Virus record (IMG/VR): IMGVR_UViG_3300024264_000039
Coordinates: 1 to 57,680 of that record
Strand: one strand, 5' to 3'
DNA length: 57,680 nt
Source: a virus
Lineage: Duplodnaviria; Caudoviricetes
This document shows, piece after piece, positions 30,381 through 39,040 of this stretch. The position numbers and the translations under genes were made by a program. The notes beneath the pieces were generated by a model. It did no database searches. It was not told the origin of the DNA and worked only from the letters and a program-made list of their open reading frames with translations. Every line of letters starts with the position of its first letter. Positions within the stretch are counted from its first letter, which is position 1.

Positions 30381-31286
30381 TTAACTGATTCCAGGAGAAC
30401 CGAAAATTCCTCTAAAGTCAGAAACACCAAATTGGTATCTTTCTCTAGCTTTGAATCTTAAGTTTCCAGTATCGAAGTCACCTTCCATAGCTGTTTTGAT
30501 TGGTGTTCTAACGAAATGTTTCATTCCGTTTGGAACATCAGTGATAAGGAAGAACGCATTAGGATCAGTTAAGAAATTGTTCACTCTGTAACCTTGAGGA
30601 ACCATTCCCATTGATCTGATTGCGTTGATATCATTATCAGCAGTTTGAACTCTGCCTTCTGATTTCATCAATCTTTCAGCTTGGAACTGTAACGCAGAAG
30701 GGACAATCATTTTTGTCGCTTTTGCTGCAATTCTTAAACCTCTTTCATCAGTAAACGCTGCAATGTCAATTAATGACTGCTCTAATGAAGTTTCGTTTAA
30801 GTCAGCTGCTACAGTTAAAGTGTTTGACGTAGTACCAGCAATTGTCGGGTGAGCCGTGCTAAATAATGAAACACCATCACCTGAAGTGAAAGTACCGAAT
30901 CCATTAACTAACGGGTTGACCGATTTAACTTGCTTAGTATTAGCCATACTTCTAGCTAACGCTTTTGTATATCTGCTTGACAGTCTGTCATACAGGTTAT
31001 CTTCCACCGCTTCCTCAGTAATCGCGAAGGCAAGAGCCACAGTTTCCATAGTGTATCTTGCAGTGTAAGTTTCTTGAGCATTGTCAAAAACAACTCCACT
31101 TCCTTCAGGTTTTACTTGAGCATTAGCGAAACCAGATAACATAACTTCTTCTTCAAAAGCTCTGTCTGATGTTTCTGTTGCATATATCTCAGCATGTTGG
31201 TTTTCGTATCTTTTGTATTCCAGTCCGAATAGTGCATTCAGGCCTGGTTCTAGTTCTTTAACTAGTTGTCCTCGTGATATAGCCAT
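30381..31286 (-). CDS. Major capsid protein
   Basis: MAISRGQLVKELEPGLNALFG...SDRAFEEEV...GDFDTGN-x-RFKARERY pattern; follows the scaffold genes and precedes a terminator. Confidence 0.9.
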   Translation of the reverse strand: MAISRGQLVKELEPGLNALFGLEYKRYENQHAEIYATETSDRAFEEEVMLSGFANAQVKPEGSGVVFDNAQETYTARYTMETVALAFAITEEAVEDNLYDRLSSRYTKALARSMANTKQVKSVNPLVNGFGTFTSGDGVSLFSTAHPTIAGTTSNTLTVAADLNETSLEQSLIDIAAFTDERGLRIAAKATKMIVPSALQFQAERLMKSEGRVQTADNDINAIRSMGMVPQGYRVNNFLTDPNAFFLITDVPNGMKHFVRTPIKTAMEGDFDTGNLRFKARERYQFGVSDFRGIFGSPGIS

Positions 31287-31308
31287 ATTTTATCTCCTAT
31301 TCTAACTA

Positions 31309-31878
31309 TTATACGCCAGCTTGAGTTTTCAAGAAGTGTTCGTTGATCATTACAACAAAGTTAACATGCGATGCAGTTAAATCATTGTTCTTAATGTCTT
31401 TTGAAACACCAACCACTCTTAGTTGTCCAGAAGTTGAACTCAAAGTTGAGTCATCTAGCTCGACACCTGAAAGGTGATCATGTGTACTTCCTGCTGCATA
31501 AGTGATGTCATAATTCATGAAAACATCAGTTTGTGCAGAAGCTGTTGTGTTGTCTGATTGTATCTCAAATCTCTCGTAAGGATCTGAAGATACAAAGCCT
31601 ACGATATCTGTAGCAGTATTAGCTGCTAATAGATGGTTCGCAAACGTTGGTTTACTTGTATTCGCGTCAGTAAAGAAAACGCCGTTTAGAGCTCCTAGTA
31701 AAGAATCACCTGCCGCTGCTACTCCGATAGTTCCAGTGGCTAATGCCTCTACTGGATCTTGACCGAATATAGCGCCTGCTGATGCTGCAATACTAAATTC
31801 TGCTAAACCTTGGTTATCTCTATTCTGACCGATTTTTCCAATTGCTCTTAAGCCGAAAGGACTATCTTGGTTTGCCAT
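31309..31878 (-). CDS. Capsid-associated (cement / minor capsid) protein
   Basis: MANQDSPFGLR start, immediately upstream of the major capsid gene. Confidence 0.65.
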   Translation of the reverse strand: MANQDSPFGLRAIGKIGQNRDNQGLAEFSIAASAGAIFGQDPVEALATGTIGVAAAGDSLLGALNGVFFTDANTSKPTFANHLLAANTATDIVGFVSSDPYERFEIQSDNTTASAQTDVFMNYDITYAAGSTHDHLSGVELDDSTLSSTSGQLRVVGVSKDIKNNDLTASHVNFVVMINEHFLKTQAGV

Positions 31879-31930
31879 AGTTTTTCTCCATTGTTTAATT
31901 TAAATGATGAACTAGAAATTGTTAAAAAAC

Positions 31931-32389
31931 TTATTTCTTCGTACCACCAAAAGTTACACGAGTATTTCTATCAACACTGATAGGCATACTTGGATGCTCT
32001 TCCTTTAGTAGATCGTTGTCAAAGGCATTTTCGTTATCCTGCGCTTGTTTACGATAGTAATCAGCGTATTGTTTTGCGATCTCTACAGATACTCTAGCGA
32101 GCACTAGGCCACCTTGACCGATCACTCCCTTGTATTTACCGTCTTGTACTACAGCATAGTCTGTTTCATTGTATTCATCCGCTCTTACTAGTTCAAAGCC
32201 AGATCTTATTCTGCTTTGTACATTTTTAGAATCGTCGAATCCCATTGACTCAGCTCTAAGCCATCTGTGTACAAATCCTGCCGGTGCAGGGGGTGCATCT
32301 AATAAAGATGGTGGAGCCCAGACTTTTGGTCGAGATGTTTTCTCTCTAGTCTGACTCGCACGTGAAGTTTTTTTATCTTGATTTTCCAT
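31931..32389 (-). CDS. Head morphogenesis-region hypothetical protein
   Basis: W-x-PPS-x-LDAP...RW-x-R...GGLVLAR motif; between scaffold and capsid genes. Confidence 0.65.
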   Translation of the reverse strand: MENQDKKTSRASQTREKTSRPKVWAPPSLLDAPPAPAGFVHRWLRAESMGFDDSKNVQSRIRSGFELVRADEYNETDYAVVQDGKYKGVIGQGGLVLARVSVEIAKQYADYYRKQAQDNENAFDNDLLKEEHPSMPISVDRNTRVTFGGTKK

Positions 32390-32391
32390 GC

Positions 32392-33408
32392 TTATACTCC
32401 TTCCGTGATTTTTAATTGTTCCGCATAGTCTTTAAGTGGCACACCTAATTTTTTAGCAATTGCTACCTGTGAGGGTGTGAGTTTCACAATTTTGCGACCA
32501 GAAGATTTATTAACTCGCGTAGCTGAAGCTACAGTTTGAGTAGGTCTAGTCGATTCCTGAGTTACATTAGTATCAAACTTGTGCGGAAATTCAAGTCTTA
32601 TTCTTCTATCTACCTCTGAATAATATTCTTCAGCTTCGGTATTAGGATCATATCCTTCAATTTCAGTCAATTGTCTGTGTATTACTTTTGCTCCCTCAGT
32701 CATTATTGGATCTTTATTGAACCATTCGTTTTTTCTAGCCCAATCTCTTGCTCTAGAATCAACTTGTCTTGGTACATCCACTTCTTGTTGTTGAGGTTGT
32801 GGTACTGGAGTTTCAACTTTCTTTTCAGCCTGTCTAGCTTTTAAATCAGCAAGTCTTGCTTCTTCATAGCCTAGTCTTGAAATTTCTGCAGTTGCAGCAA
32901 CTTCAGCTTTAAGGTCACTTTCTTCTCTAGCTTTTGCAAGTTTTGCAACAGCCGCTTCCATACCTGATTTAATTCTATTTTCCTTTTCAGCTACAAATCC
33001 TGTATCTAATTTTGAAAGTCTAGAACTTAACGCTTCTTTTTCAGCTAAAACACTTCTTGCATAAATCGTTGCGGCTTCTTCTCTTCGCTCCGACTCACGC
33101 ATTTTTTTAGTTAGTTTAGCTATTCTTCTTTTTACTCCATCAGAGTATTCATCTAATTCTTTCTTTTTTTCTGTATTCTCTTCGCTAGCTTGAACATCAG
33201 TTGGCTCATCAGATTTCGCAATTGCGTCATCGGCGCTACCACCGTCTTCAAGTTTTGTTTCACGTTCGTTTTCATGTGATTTATCCTCCGCTGGTGTTTT
33301 ATCTTCGATAATAGTTTCTTCAATTAATTCTTCTTTAACTGAATCTAACTCTACTTCGGCACCGGGTCCAGAGGTATCAATGTTAACTGGTTTGTCTGTG
33401 TCTTGCAT
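32392..33408 (-). CDS. Scaffolding protein
   Basis: Acidic N-terminus, long coiled coil, C-terminal LTPSQVAIAKKLGVPL-x-x-YA. Confidence 0.75.
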   Translation of the reverse strand: MQDTDKPVNIDTSGPGAEVELDSVKEELIEETIIEDKTPAEDKSHENERETKLEDGGSADDAIAKSDEPTDVQASEENTEKKKELDEYSDGVKRRIAKLTKKMRESERREEAATIYARSVLAEKEALSSRLSKLDTGFVAEKENRIKSGMEAAVAKLAKAREESDLKAEVAATAEISRLGYEEARLADLKARQAEKKVETPVPQPQQQEVDVPRQVDSRARDWARKNEWFNKDPIMTEGAKVIHRQLTEIEGYDPNTEAEEYYSEVDRRIRLEFPHKFDTNVTQESTRPTQTVASATRVNKSSGRKIVKLTPSQVAIAKKLGVPLKDYAEQLKITEGV

Positions 33409-33425
33409 AGTATCTCCTATGGTTA

Positions 33426-33908
33426 TTAAAATGTATGAAGTATATCTTCGGGTTTATCGATGGTTGCTAAAACTTCATCATCATTTAGCAATCTTACTTC
33501 CCCACCATCTATTGGTAATCTTGAACCCGCATAACGAGCAAAGATAACCCAATCTCCTTTTTTGCACCAAGGACCTTCAGGAAATTTTTGTTTATCATAA
33601 CAATATGGTCCCATTGAAAGAACTAGTCCACATGTAGATGCAACTTGTTGTCTTTCAAGTGTATCTGCTCCTAAAAGCAAACCACCTTTAGTTTTCTCTG
33701 GTAGCTTAAAAGGTAAAACTAAAAGTCTCCAGCCAGTCGGCTGAGGTAATTTTGAAGTCTCTTTTGTTTTTAAACGTTCGTAACTATCAACTTCTTTTTG
33801 ATGCTGTGTTTTATTTTCTGTTTCGTACTTTTCTTCCAAAGCATTTTTATGTTTTGGGATTTCTGTCTTTTCCGATATTGACGACTTTGCCGTCTGCGTC
33901 TTTTCCAT
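33426..33908 (-). CDS. groES: GroES-like co-chaperonin
   Basis: P-x-GWRLLV...KTKGGLLL...V-x-x-x-GP...GDWVIFARYAG...LLNDDEVLA (Cpn10 motifs). Confidence 0.85.
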   Translation of the reverse strand: MEKTQTAKSSISEKTEIPKHKNALEEKYETENKTQHQKEVDSYERLKTKETSKLPQPTGWRLLVLPFKLPEKTKGGLLLGADTLERQQVASTCGLVLSMGPYCYDKQKFPEGPWCKKGDWVIFARYAGSRLPIDGGEVRLLNDDEVLATIDKPEDILHTF

Positions 33909-34098
33909 TTGTAGCTCCTTTGTTTAGCAGGTTGGATAATTCCCCTGAAATATATTGGTAGGCGTGGGCCTGTCCTAACATGTACTTGTATTTTTCCATG
34001 TTGTCAATAGTACCACCGATCATAGCGTCACCAATTTGTTGGTAACTTTCTTTTAATTGTTTTTGTAATTTAGTTATTACGTTTATTTCATCTAACAT
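33847..34098 (-). CDS. Hypothetical protein
   Basis: 83-aa ORF upstream of groES. Confidence 0.65.
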   Translation of the reverse strand: MLDEINVITKLQKQLKESYQQIGDAMIGGTIDNMEKYKYMLGQAHAYQYISGELSNLLNKGATNGKDADGKVVNIGKDRNPKT

Positions 34099-34258
34099 TT
34101 GCTTTTTTACCTTTATTTACACCTTTCTTAATTATGTAATCTTGTGTGCCATTTGCACCTGTCTCAACTTCTTTTTTAAGACTTCGAAACATGTTTTTTT
34201 GTTTTTCTTCTTTTTCTTTTTTTACTGAAAAAGCTTCCAATACTTTTGTATCTCTCAT
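34088..34258 (-). CDS. Small basic protein, not in the ORF track
   Basis: MRDTKVLEAFSVKKEKEEKQKNMFRSLKKEVETGANGTQDYIIKKGVNKGKKANVR (56 aa). Confidence 0.55.
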   Translation of the reverse strand: MRDTKVLEAFSVKKEKEEKQKNMFRSLKKEVETGANGTQDYIIKKGVNKGKKANVR

Positions 34259-34265
34259 TCCACCA

Positions 34266-34294
34266 GTTATCCACAGAAAGTATCATGTTGTCAA
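34266..34294 (-). promoter_or_regulatory. Sigma70 promoter whose -10 overlaps a DnaA box
   Basis: TTGACA-17 nt-GATAAC; TTATCCACA at 34267-34275. Confidence 0.5.
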
Positions 34295-34320
34295 TACCTT
34301 CAAAGGTTTTATAAAGAAAT

Positions 34321-34512
34321 TTATCTAACATCTTCTATTACCTTTAACTTATCTTTTGCTTCAGCAATACTTCCTAAAAGTTTATCTATTTCATCTAAAT
34401 GTTGTGGATGTTCACCTATACCTACAGAATTAGATAAGTAAATTTTTAAAGTTACTTTGGCTTCAGCTATTTGAGCTTCATATCTTTTTTTAAGTGCTTC
34501 TAACATTTCCAT
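34321..34512 (-). CDS. Small hypothetical phage protein (VGIGEHP motif)
   Basis: 63-aa helical hairpin. Confidence 0.65.
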   Translation of the reverse strand: MEMLEALKKRYEAQIAEAKVTLKIYLSNSVGIGEHPQHLDEIDKLLGSIAEAKDKLKVIEDVR

Positions 34513-34883
34513 CTTCTTCTAGCCTGACGTAGTCTAGAATTAGGATCTTTAGCAGCTTTAGGAAACTGTTTCATTTGACCGGCACTTCTTGCACAATAAG
34601 ACTTTCTACGGTTTGCAGCAGCTGAACCTTTTTTAACTTTTCCAGTTACTGCTGTTTTTAATTTAGATCCAGGGTTTGCTGCTCTATAAGCTTTGACTCC
34701 TGCTTCTGTCATTCCTGCACCTTTGTCAGTTGCACGAAAATTTTTTTTATTTCTTTTAGGCATTACATCACCGCCTCTTTTAAAGCCAGTAAGCATCTTG
34801 CCGTAATATTTTTTATAACTTTGATTTTCTCCAGGACCACCTTTTATAAAACTACCAGTATATTTGGTGTTAGGCATTTTCAT
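34500..34883 (-). CDS. Basic hypothetical protein (SYCAR motif)
   Basis: 127 aa, Lys/Arg-rich, RRKSYCARS...RRWKC. Confidence 0.7.
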   Translation of the reverse strand: MKMPNTKYTGSFIKGGPGENQSYKKYYGKMLTGFKRGGDVMPKRNKKNFRATDKGAGMTEAGVKAYRAANPGSKLKTAVTGKVKKGSAAANRRKSYCARSAGQMKQFPKAAKDPNSRLRQARRRWKC

Positions 34884-35149
34884 ATTATTCCTCCAATTGC
34901 TTTTCTATCCCGTTTAGAAAAAGTTGCAACGTTGGTTGGTTTAGGTCCAGTATTAGATGCTGCTCGTTTTCGTTTGACAGCACTCGCCTTTTGCGAACTT
35001 GACATCTGTGTGGCTTTGGCAAGTGGGACGCATTTTGGATAAGCTCTCTTGCTTCCCTTTTGTCTTCCACAAGGTTGATATTTTCCATTTTTCTTTGGAG
35101 CTCCGATATCCACCCATTTGTCGTCCAACCATTTTTTTAACCCACTCAT
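34880..35149 (-). CDS. Basic hypothetical protein
   Basis: LKKW...W...CGR...YPKCVP; ATGA coupling. Confidence 0.7.
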   Translation of the reverse strand: MSGLKKWLDDKWVDIGAPKKNGKYQPCGRQKGSKRAYPKCVPLAKATQMSSSQKASAVKRKRAASNTGPKPTNVATFSKRDRKAIGGII

Positions 35150-35334
35150 GAATTCTTTCCATAAGCGTTTCCTTTACCTTTAGTAGCTACTCTACATATT
35201 CCACCACCAGCTTTCTTAGTTCGACCTACTGTGCCTTTGCAGTATTTGCTTGCCCAGATATTTGCGTATGCACTTGGGTACACATCAAATTTTTTCTTAG
35301 CAGCAGCTTTTCCTGCAGGACAAAGTTTAGCCAT
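35146..35334 (-). CDS. Basic hypothetical protein
   Basis: YPSAYAN motif; ATGA coupling. Confidence 0.7.
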   Translation of the reverse strand: MAKLCPAGKAAAKKKFDVYPSAYANIWASKYCKGTVGRTKKAGGGICRVATKGKGNAYGKNS

Positions 35335-35447
35335 TATCTCGCTCGCATTCCTTTTTTGTAACCCATTCGTTTTGCAACTGCGGGAGCTACCTTTTTAAGT
35401 TTTCTTATGCCTTTACCTTTTTTTCCTTTCGGAATTGGTTTTTTCAT
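35334..35447 (-). CDS. Very basic peptide, not in the ORF track
   Basis: MKKPIPKGKKGKGIRKLKKVAPAVAKRMGYKKGMRAR (37 aa); TAATG coupling. Confidence 0.55.
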   Translation of the reverse strand: MKKPIPKGKKGKGIRKLKKVAPAVAKRMGYKKGMRAR

Positions 35448-35449
35448 AA

Positions 35450-35764
35450 TTAACCCTTCTTAAGTTCTCTAACTATTCTTTTCTTTTCAGCTTTAAGATT
35501 CTTCTTCCCTTTTCTAGTTCTTGCTTTTTCAGCATCAACTCTTCCAAGTTCTTCAAGTCTATTCATACGTTTAGTATTCTTTTTAACTGAACCACCTTTT
35601 TTATACATAGCTCCACCCTTCATACCCATATCGTCTTTGTAGTATCCTGAAGCCATATCTTTTCTAGCAGTAGACATTCCACCACCCATTTTCATTGCTC
35701 TTCCGCCAACTTTCATTGGTGTTCTTGAATTAGCAACTTGTTTATTAAATCTTCTATTTGGCAT
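35450..35764 (-). CDS. Basic Met/Lys/Gly-rich protein
   Basis: MKVGG, MKMGGG, MKGG and YKKGG repeats. Confidence 0.7.
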   Translation of the reverse strand: MPNRRFNKQVANSRTPMKVGGRAMKMGGGMSTARKDMASGYYKDDMGMKGGAMYKKGGSVKKNTKRMNRLEELGRVDAEKARTRKGKKNLKAEKKRIVRELKKG

Positions 35765-36153
35765 TATTTTTTTCCTCCGTGTTGTTTAAATATTTGTGTT
35801 CCCTTTATACCATAAATGCTCGCCACGACAAGGATCCACAAATTTGTAAACCATGACGGCAGTGCTGCGAAATGTTCAAAGAAAATATTTACTTTGTCCA
35901 TCGCTCCCGGATCGTCCGATACGACTGCCCAAGCCAAAATTGCTATGGGCGCCGAGAGAATTAATAAAACCGCCTCGTCCTTCCAATCTGATTGACGAGC
36001 TTCTAAAAGTTTTCCTTGGTAAGCTTCCTTACCTTCGGCCATACGAGATGCGTGCATAAGCTGTGCATCTGACATAGCTATTTTCGTCTTCTGCTTGTTA
36101 GCATAAATTTTACTTCCAGCAGAGACGGCTAATTTAATTGCCGATAACCACAT
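35764..36153 (-). CDS. Putative holin
   Basis: SDWKDE followed by two hydrophobic segments and a basic C-terminus. Confidence 0.55.
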   Translation of the reverse strand: MWLSAIKLAVSAGSKIYANKQKTKIAMSDAQLMHASRMAEGKEAYQGKLLEARQSDWKDEAVLLILSAPIAILAWAVVSDDPGAMDKVNIFFEHFAALPSWFTNLWILVVASIYGIKGTQIFKQHGGKK

Positions 36154-36154
36154 A

Positions 36155-36391
36155 TTAGAACCAAGTAGCTTTTTTACTTTTAGATTTTAACATTCTTCTA
36201 GTTCCTCTAACTTCAACTTCATCTCCAACACCTATTTTGTTGAACACTCTGTCTTGGTTAGTAAGAATAGTAGATCTTGGATCTGTTTCAGTTCTAACTT
36301 CTGGAGTTGTAATCTCTACACCGCCAGTTGCATTAGATGAAGCAACGTTTCCTTTTCTACCATAAGAAAGTTTATTTTTTAAATCTGCCAT
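36155..36391 (-). CDS. Hypothetical protein
   Basis: 78 aa, AAGGAG RBS. Confidence 0.65.
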   Translation of the reverse strand: MADLKNKLSYGRKGNVASSNATGGVEITTPEVRTETDPRSTILTNQDRVFNKIGVGDEVEVRGTRRMLKSKSKKATWF

Positions 36392-36414
36392 AATTTTCTC
36401 CTTAACTTATTATA

Positions 36415-38904
36415 TTATTTTTTTTTAAAATTTCTACCAAAATCGTGCATTTTACTTTGGTTAGCCATTTCTTGTTTAGTGATAGATGTTGCAGCACGTA
36501 ATTCTGCAAGTTCTTCGTTTTGTTCTAGTTTTTCATCTTTGTTTTGTTGGTTCATCATAGCTTTCATCTTATCAAGATTGATTTTTTCTTGAGCTTGTTG
36601 TGCAGATACAAAGTCATCTTTTGCTCTGATGTCTAATTCTCTCGCTTTTAGCTTAGCAATTGGGTCATTTCCGTATTCACCCATTAATTCAGTCTCTTCT
36701 TTAGCAAAATCTTCGAACATTTCTGCAATTAAAACTGCTTTTCTAGACTCTATCTGCATATTAACCGCCATCATCTGCTGTTGCATCTGTGGATCTTGTG
36801 CCATTGCAGGATTTGCCTGCATTTGTTGTTGCATTTGCTGCATCATTACAATTTGATCCTTAAATTCTACTTCAACTTGCTCTAATGCCATTAAACTTAT
36901 GTGTTCAAAAATATTTTTTTGCATTGAAGCGGTTACCATTGGGTTTCCTCTGGCCATCGAAGACGACATAAAGTTCATATGGGCTGTTATGTGAGCTCTA
37001 TGGTCTTGTCCTTTAAAAGCTTGGAAGGGTTGTCCACCTAAAGCTTGAATAGCTTCAATACTAGGATCCATTGGCATAGGTTTTGGAACTGGTTTTAAAA
37101 CCATATCAATATTTTTTACACCTAATGCTTCGTACATTGCACGATACGCATTATACAAATTATGCATTTGTGGATTCGATTGTGCTAACTGTAATTCAGC
37201 TTGAGCAATTGAAATTCTTTGTGTTTGAGAAAAAATGTTAGGATCAGCAACCGGAAGTATATCTATTCTATCATCAAAGTCTTGTTGTTTAATAGTTCTT
37301 TGACCACCTACCACATCATAAGGATACTCTTGTGGTAAATATGTTTTAAATACTCGAGCAAGCATTTTGAATTCATTCTTAAGACTCACATAAATTCTTT
37401 TGTGAATCGCAGACATTGTTCTGCTTCCTCGCTCCAACAAAGCCACTGTCGTTCCCACTGCTGCTTGTTGGTTCCCATCACCTACTTGAAGGTCAGCTAT
37501 CGAAGCAAATCTTTGCCCGGCTGATACAACGACACCCATAAGCTGTAATAAAGTTTGTGAAGGCTCTTTAAATGGTAATGCCATAAATGCATCTTTAATA
37601 TTTCCACCTGGAGCATCCACGTCTCTAAATTCACCTGGAGTAATAGATTGCGCGTCATCTCTAATTCTGATGCCGCGCATCTTAAACCCTGCTGGTAAAT
37701 TGGAGAGGGTACCAGCATCTAGTAGTGATCTCAAAGCTGCTGTTGCAGTTCTCGATAAACCACCTATCATATGAATTAATCCAAACCCGTAAAAACCTAG
37801 CCCAGGTAAAAATTTAAAATGTACAAAATAAGAAATTTTCTTTTTCTTCGGATCATTAATTTCGTAGTTTCTTCTAATAGATAATACTTCACGTGAAGCT
37901 TCTTCGATTGTTACAATGTAAGGTAACTTAATTCCAGTAGGTTGACCATCTTGTCCTCGGTCCTCGAATCCTTCTAAATCTAAATCGACATGAAATTCTA
38001 AAATATTATAAATATCTTCATCGTGAGTTTTTTGTATACCTTCAAGCTCTCTTTCTTTTCTCTCAAGATCAGACTCAGTATCTGCAGGAGATCCAAGGTC
38101 CACGTCTCTGTAAAAACCATTCACTTGTTGTTTTCTTAAATCATTCTCTTTGGTTTTGATCACATGGATCACGGCCGTTGCATCTTCTAAAGATGTTGCA
38201 GAATAAGGTACTACCAAATCTTCCGCAGGTACAAATTTAGAAACTGCTCTACCTAAAAGATCATCATAGTAAACTTTTTTAAAAGCAGATCCAGCAAGAG
38301 GTAGATAAAATAATAATTGATCAAACTCAGGTTCATATTCTTTCATTTGATCCATTAATTGATAGTTCATAAAATCTTTAACTCTTTTAGATTGCATTTC
38401 TTTTTCAGCAGAAGGTGCACCCATAATCTGAGTTCTGATAGGTCCATCTGCTGGAAGTAATTCTTTGTAAGCTAACGCTTGAAATTGTGTAACCGCTTCT
38501 GCAAGAACTGGGTGAGTTGCACCTGCAGCTCCATTAAAAGGTTCTGTTCTATCTTCATATTTAAATCCTAAAAGATCTAAACCTGTTATGTAAGTATGTT
38601 CCCATTCTTTACGAGACTCTTTATAGTCCATGTAGTTTTGATTTAATTCTGAACCTAGAGGACCTAATGTTTCCTCTGGTAATAACTCAGCTAAATTGTC
38701 AAAGTGGTTTTCACTTTGTGCTTGGTTAAATGCTCCAGGTTCAAAATCAATCTCTACACCGCCATCTTCAGTGGGAGTAATTTCTGCGTCACCAGCGTTT
38801 GGTATTGATTCGTTAATTTCTTCTTGAACCTCGACTTGCTCTTCGGGCCCTGCTATTTCAACCGTTTTTTTTATTTCGGTTAATGCTTTGTCTATGTCTG
38901 CCAT
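36415..38904 (-). CDS. Portal protein
   Basis: 829 aa; HPVLAEAVTQFQA, LPLAGSAFKKVY, FLPGLGFYGFGL, Gln-rich C-terminal region; follows terL. Confidence 0.9.
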   Translation of the reverse strand: MADIDKALTEIKKTVEIAGPEEQVEVQEEINESIPNAGDAEITPTEDGGVEIDFEPGAFNQAQSENHFDNLAELLPEETLGPLGSELNQNYMDYKESRKEWEHTYITGLDLLGFKYEDRTEPFNGAAGATHPVLAEAVTQFQALAYKELLPADGPIRTQIMGAPSAEKEMQSKRVKDFMNYQLMDQMKEYEPEFDQLLFYLPLAGSAFKKVYYDDLLGRAVSKFVPAEDLVVPYSATSLEDATAVIHVIKTKENDLRKQQVNGFYRDVDLGSPADTESDLERKERELEGIQKTHDEDIYNILEFHVDLDLEGFEDRGQDGQPTGIKLPYIVTIEEASREVLSIRRNYEINDPKKKKISYFVHFKFLPGLGFYGFGLIHMIGGLSRTATAALRSLLDAGTLSNLPAGFKMRGIRIRDDAQSITPGEFRDVDAPGGNIKDAFMALPFKEPSQTLLQLMGVVVSAGQRFASIADLQVGDGNQQAAVGTTVALLERGSRTMSAIHKRIYVSLKNEFKMLARVFKTYLPQEYPYDVVGGQRTIKQQDFDDRIDILPVADPNIFSQTQRISIAQAELQLAQSNPQMHNLYNAYRAMYEALGVKNIDMVLKPVPKPMPMDPSIEAIQALGGQPFQAFKGQDHRAHITAHMNFMSSSMARGNPMVTASMQKNIFEHISLMALEQVEVEFKDQIVMMQQMQQQMQANPAMAQDPQMQQQMMAVNMQIESRKAVLIAEMFEDFAKEETELMGEYGNDPIAKLKARELDIRAKDDFVSAQQAQEKINLDKMKAMMNQQNKDEKLEQNEELAELRAATSITKQEMANQSKMHDFGRNFKKK

Positions 38905-39040
38905 TTATTTTCTCCAATTTATCTTGTTTATATGCTTTTGATTGATTAATCAAGCCTTGTGGATTGGGACCACTAAGAGGTGGTATTTGATCTCTTCTTA
39001 CATAAGGCATATTTTCAGTAAGTGTTGGGTTCTTTTTCAT
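38858..39040 (-). CDS. Hypothetical protein
   Basis: 60 aa with PP-x-SGP-x-PQGL motif; coupled to the terL stop. Confidence 0.55.
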   Translation of the reverse strand: MKKNPTLTENMPYVRRDQIPPLSGPNPQGLINQSKAYKQDKLEKINGRHRQSINRNKKNG

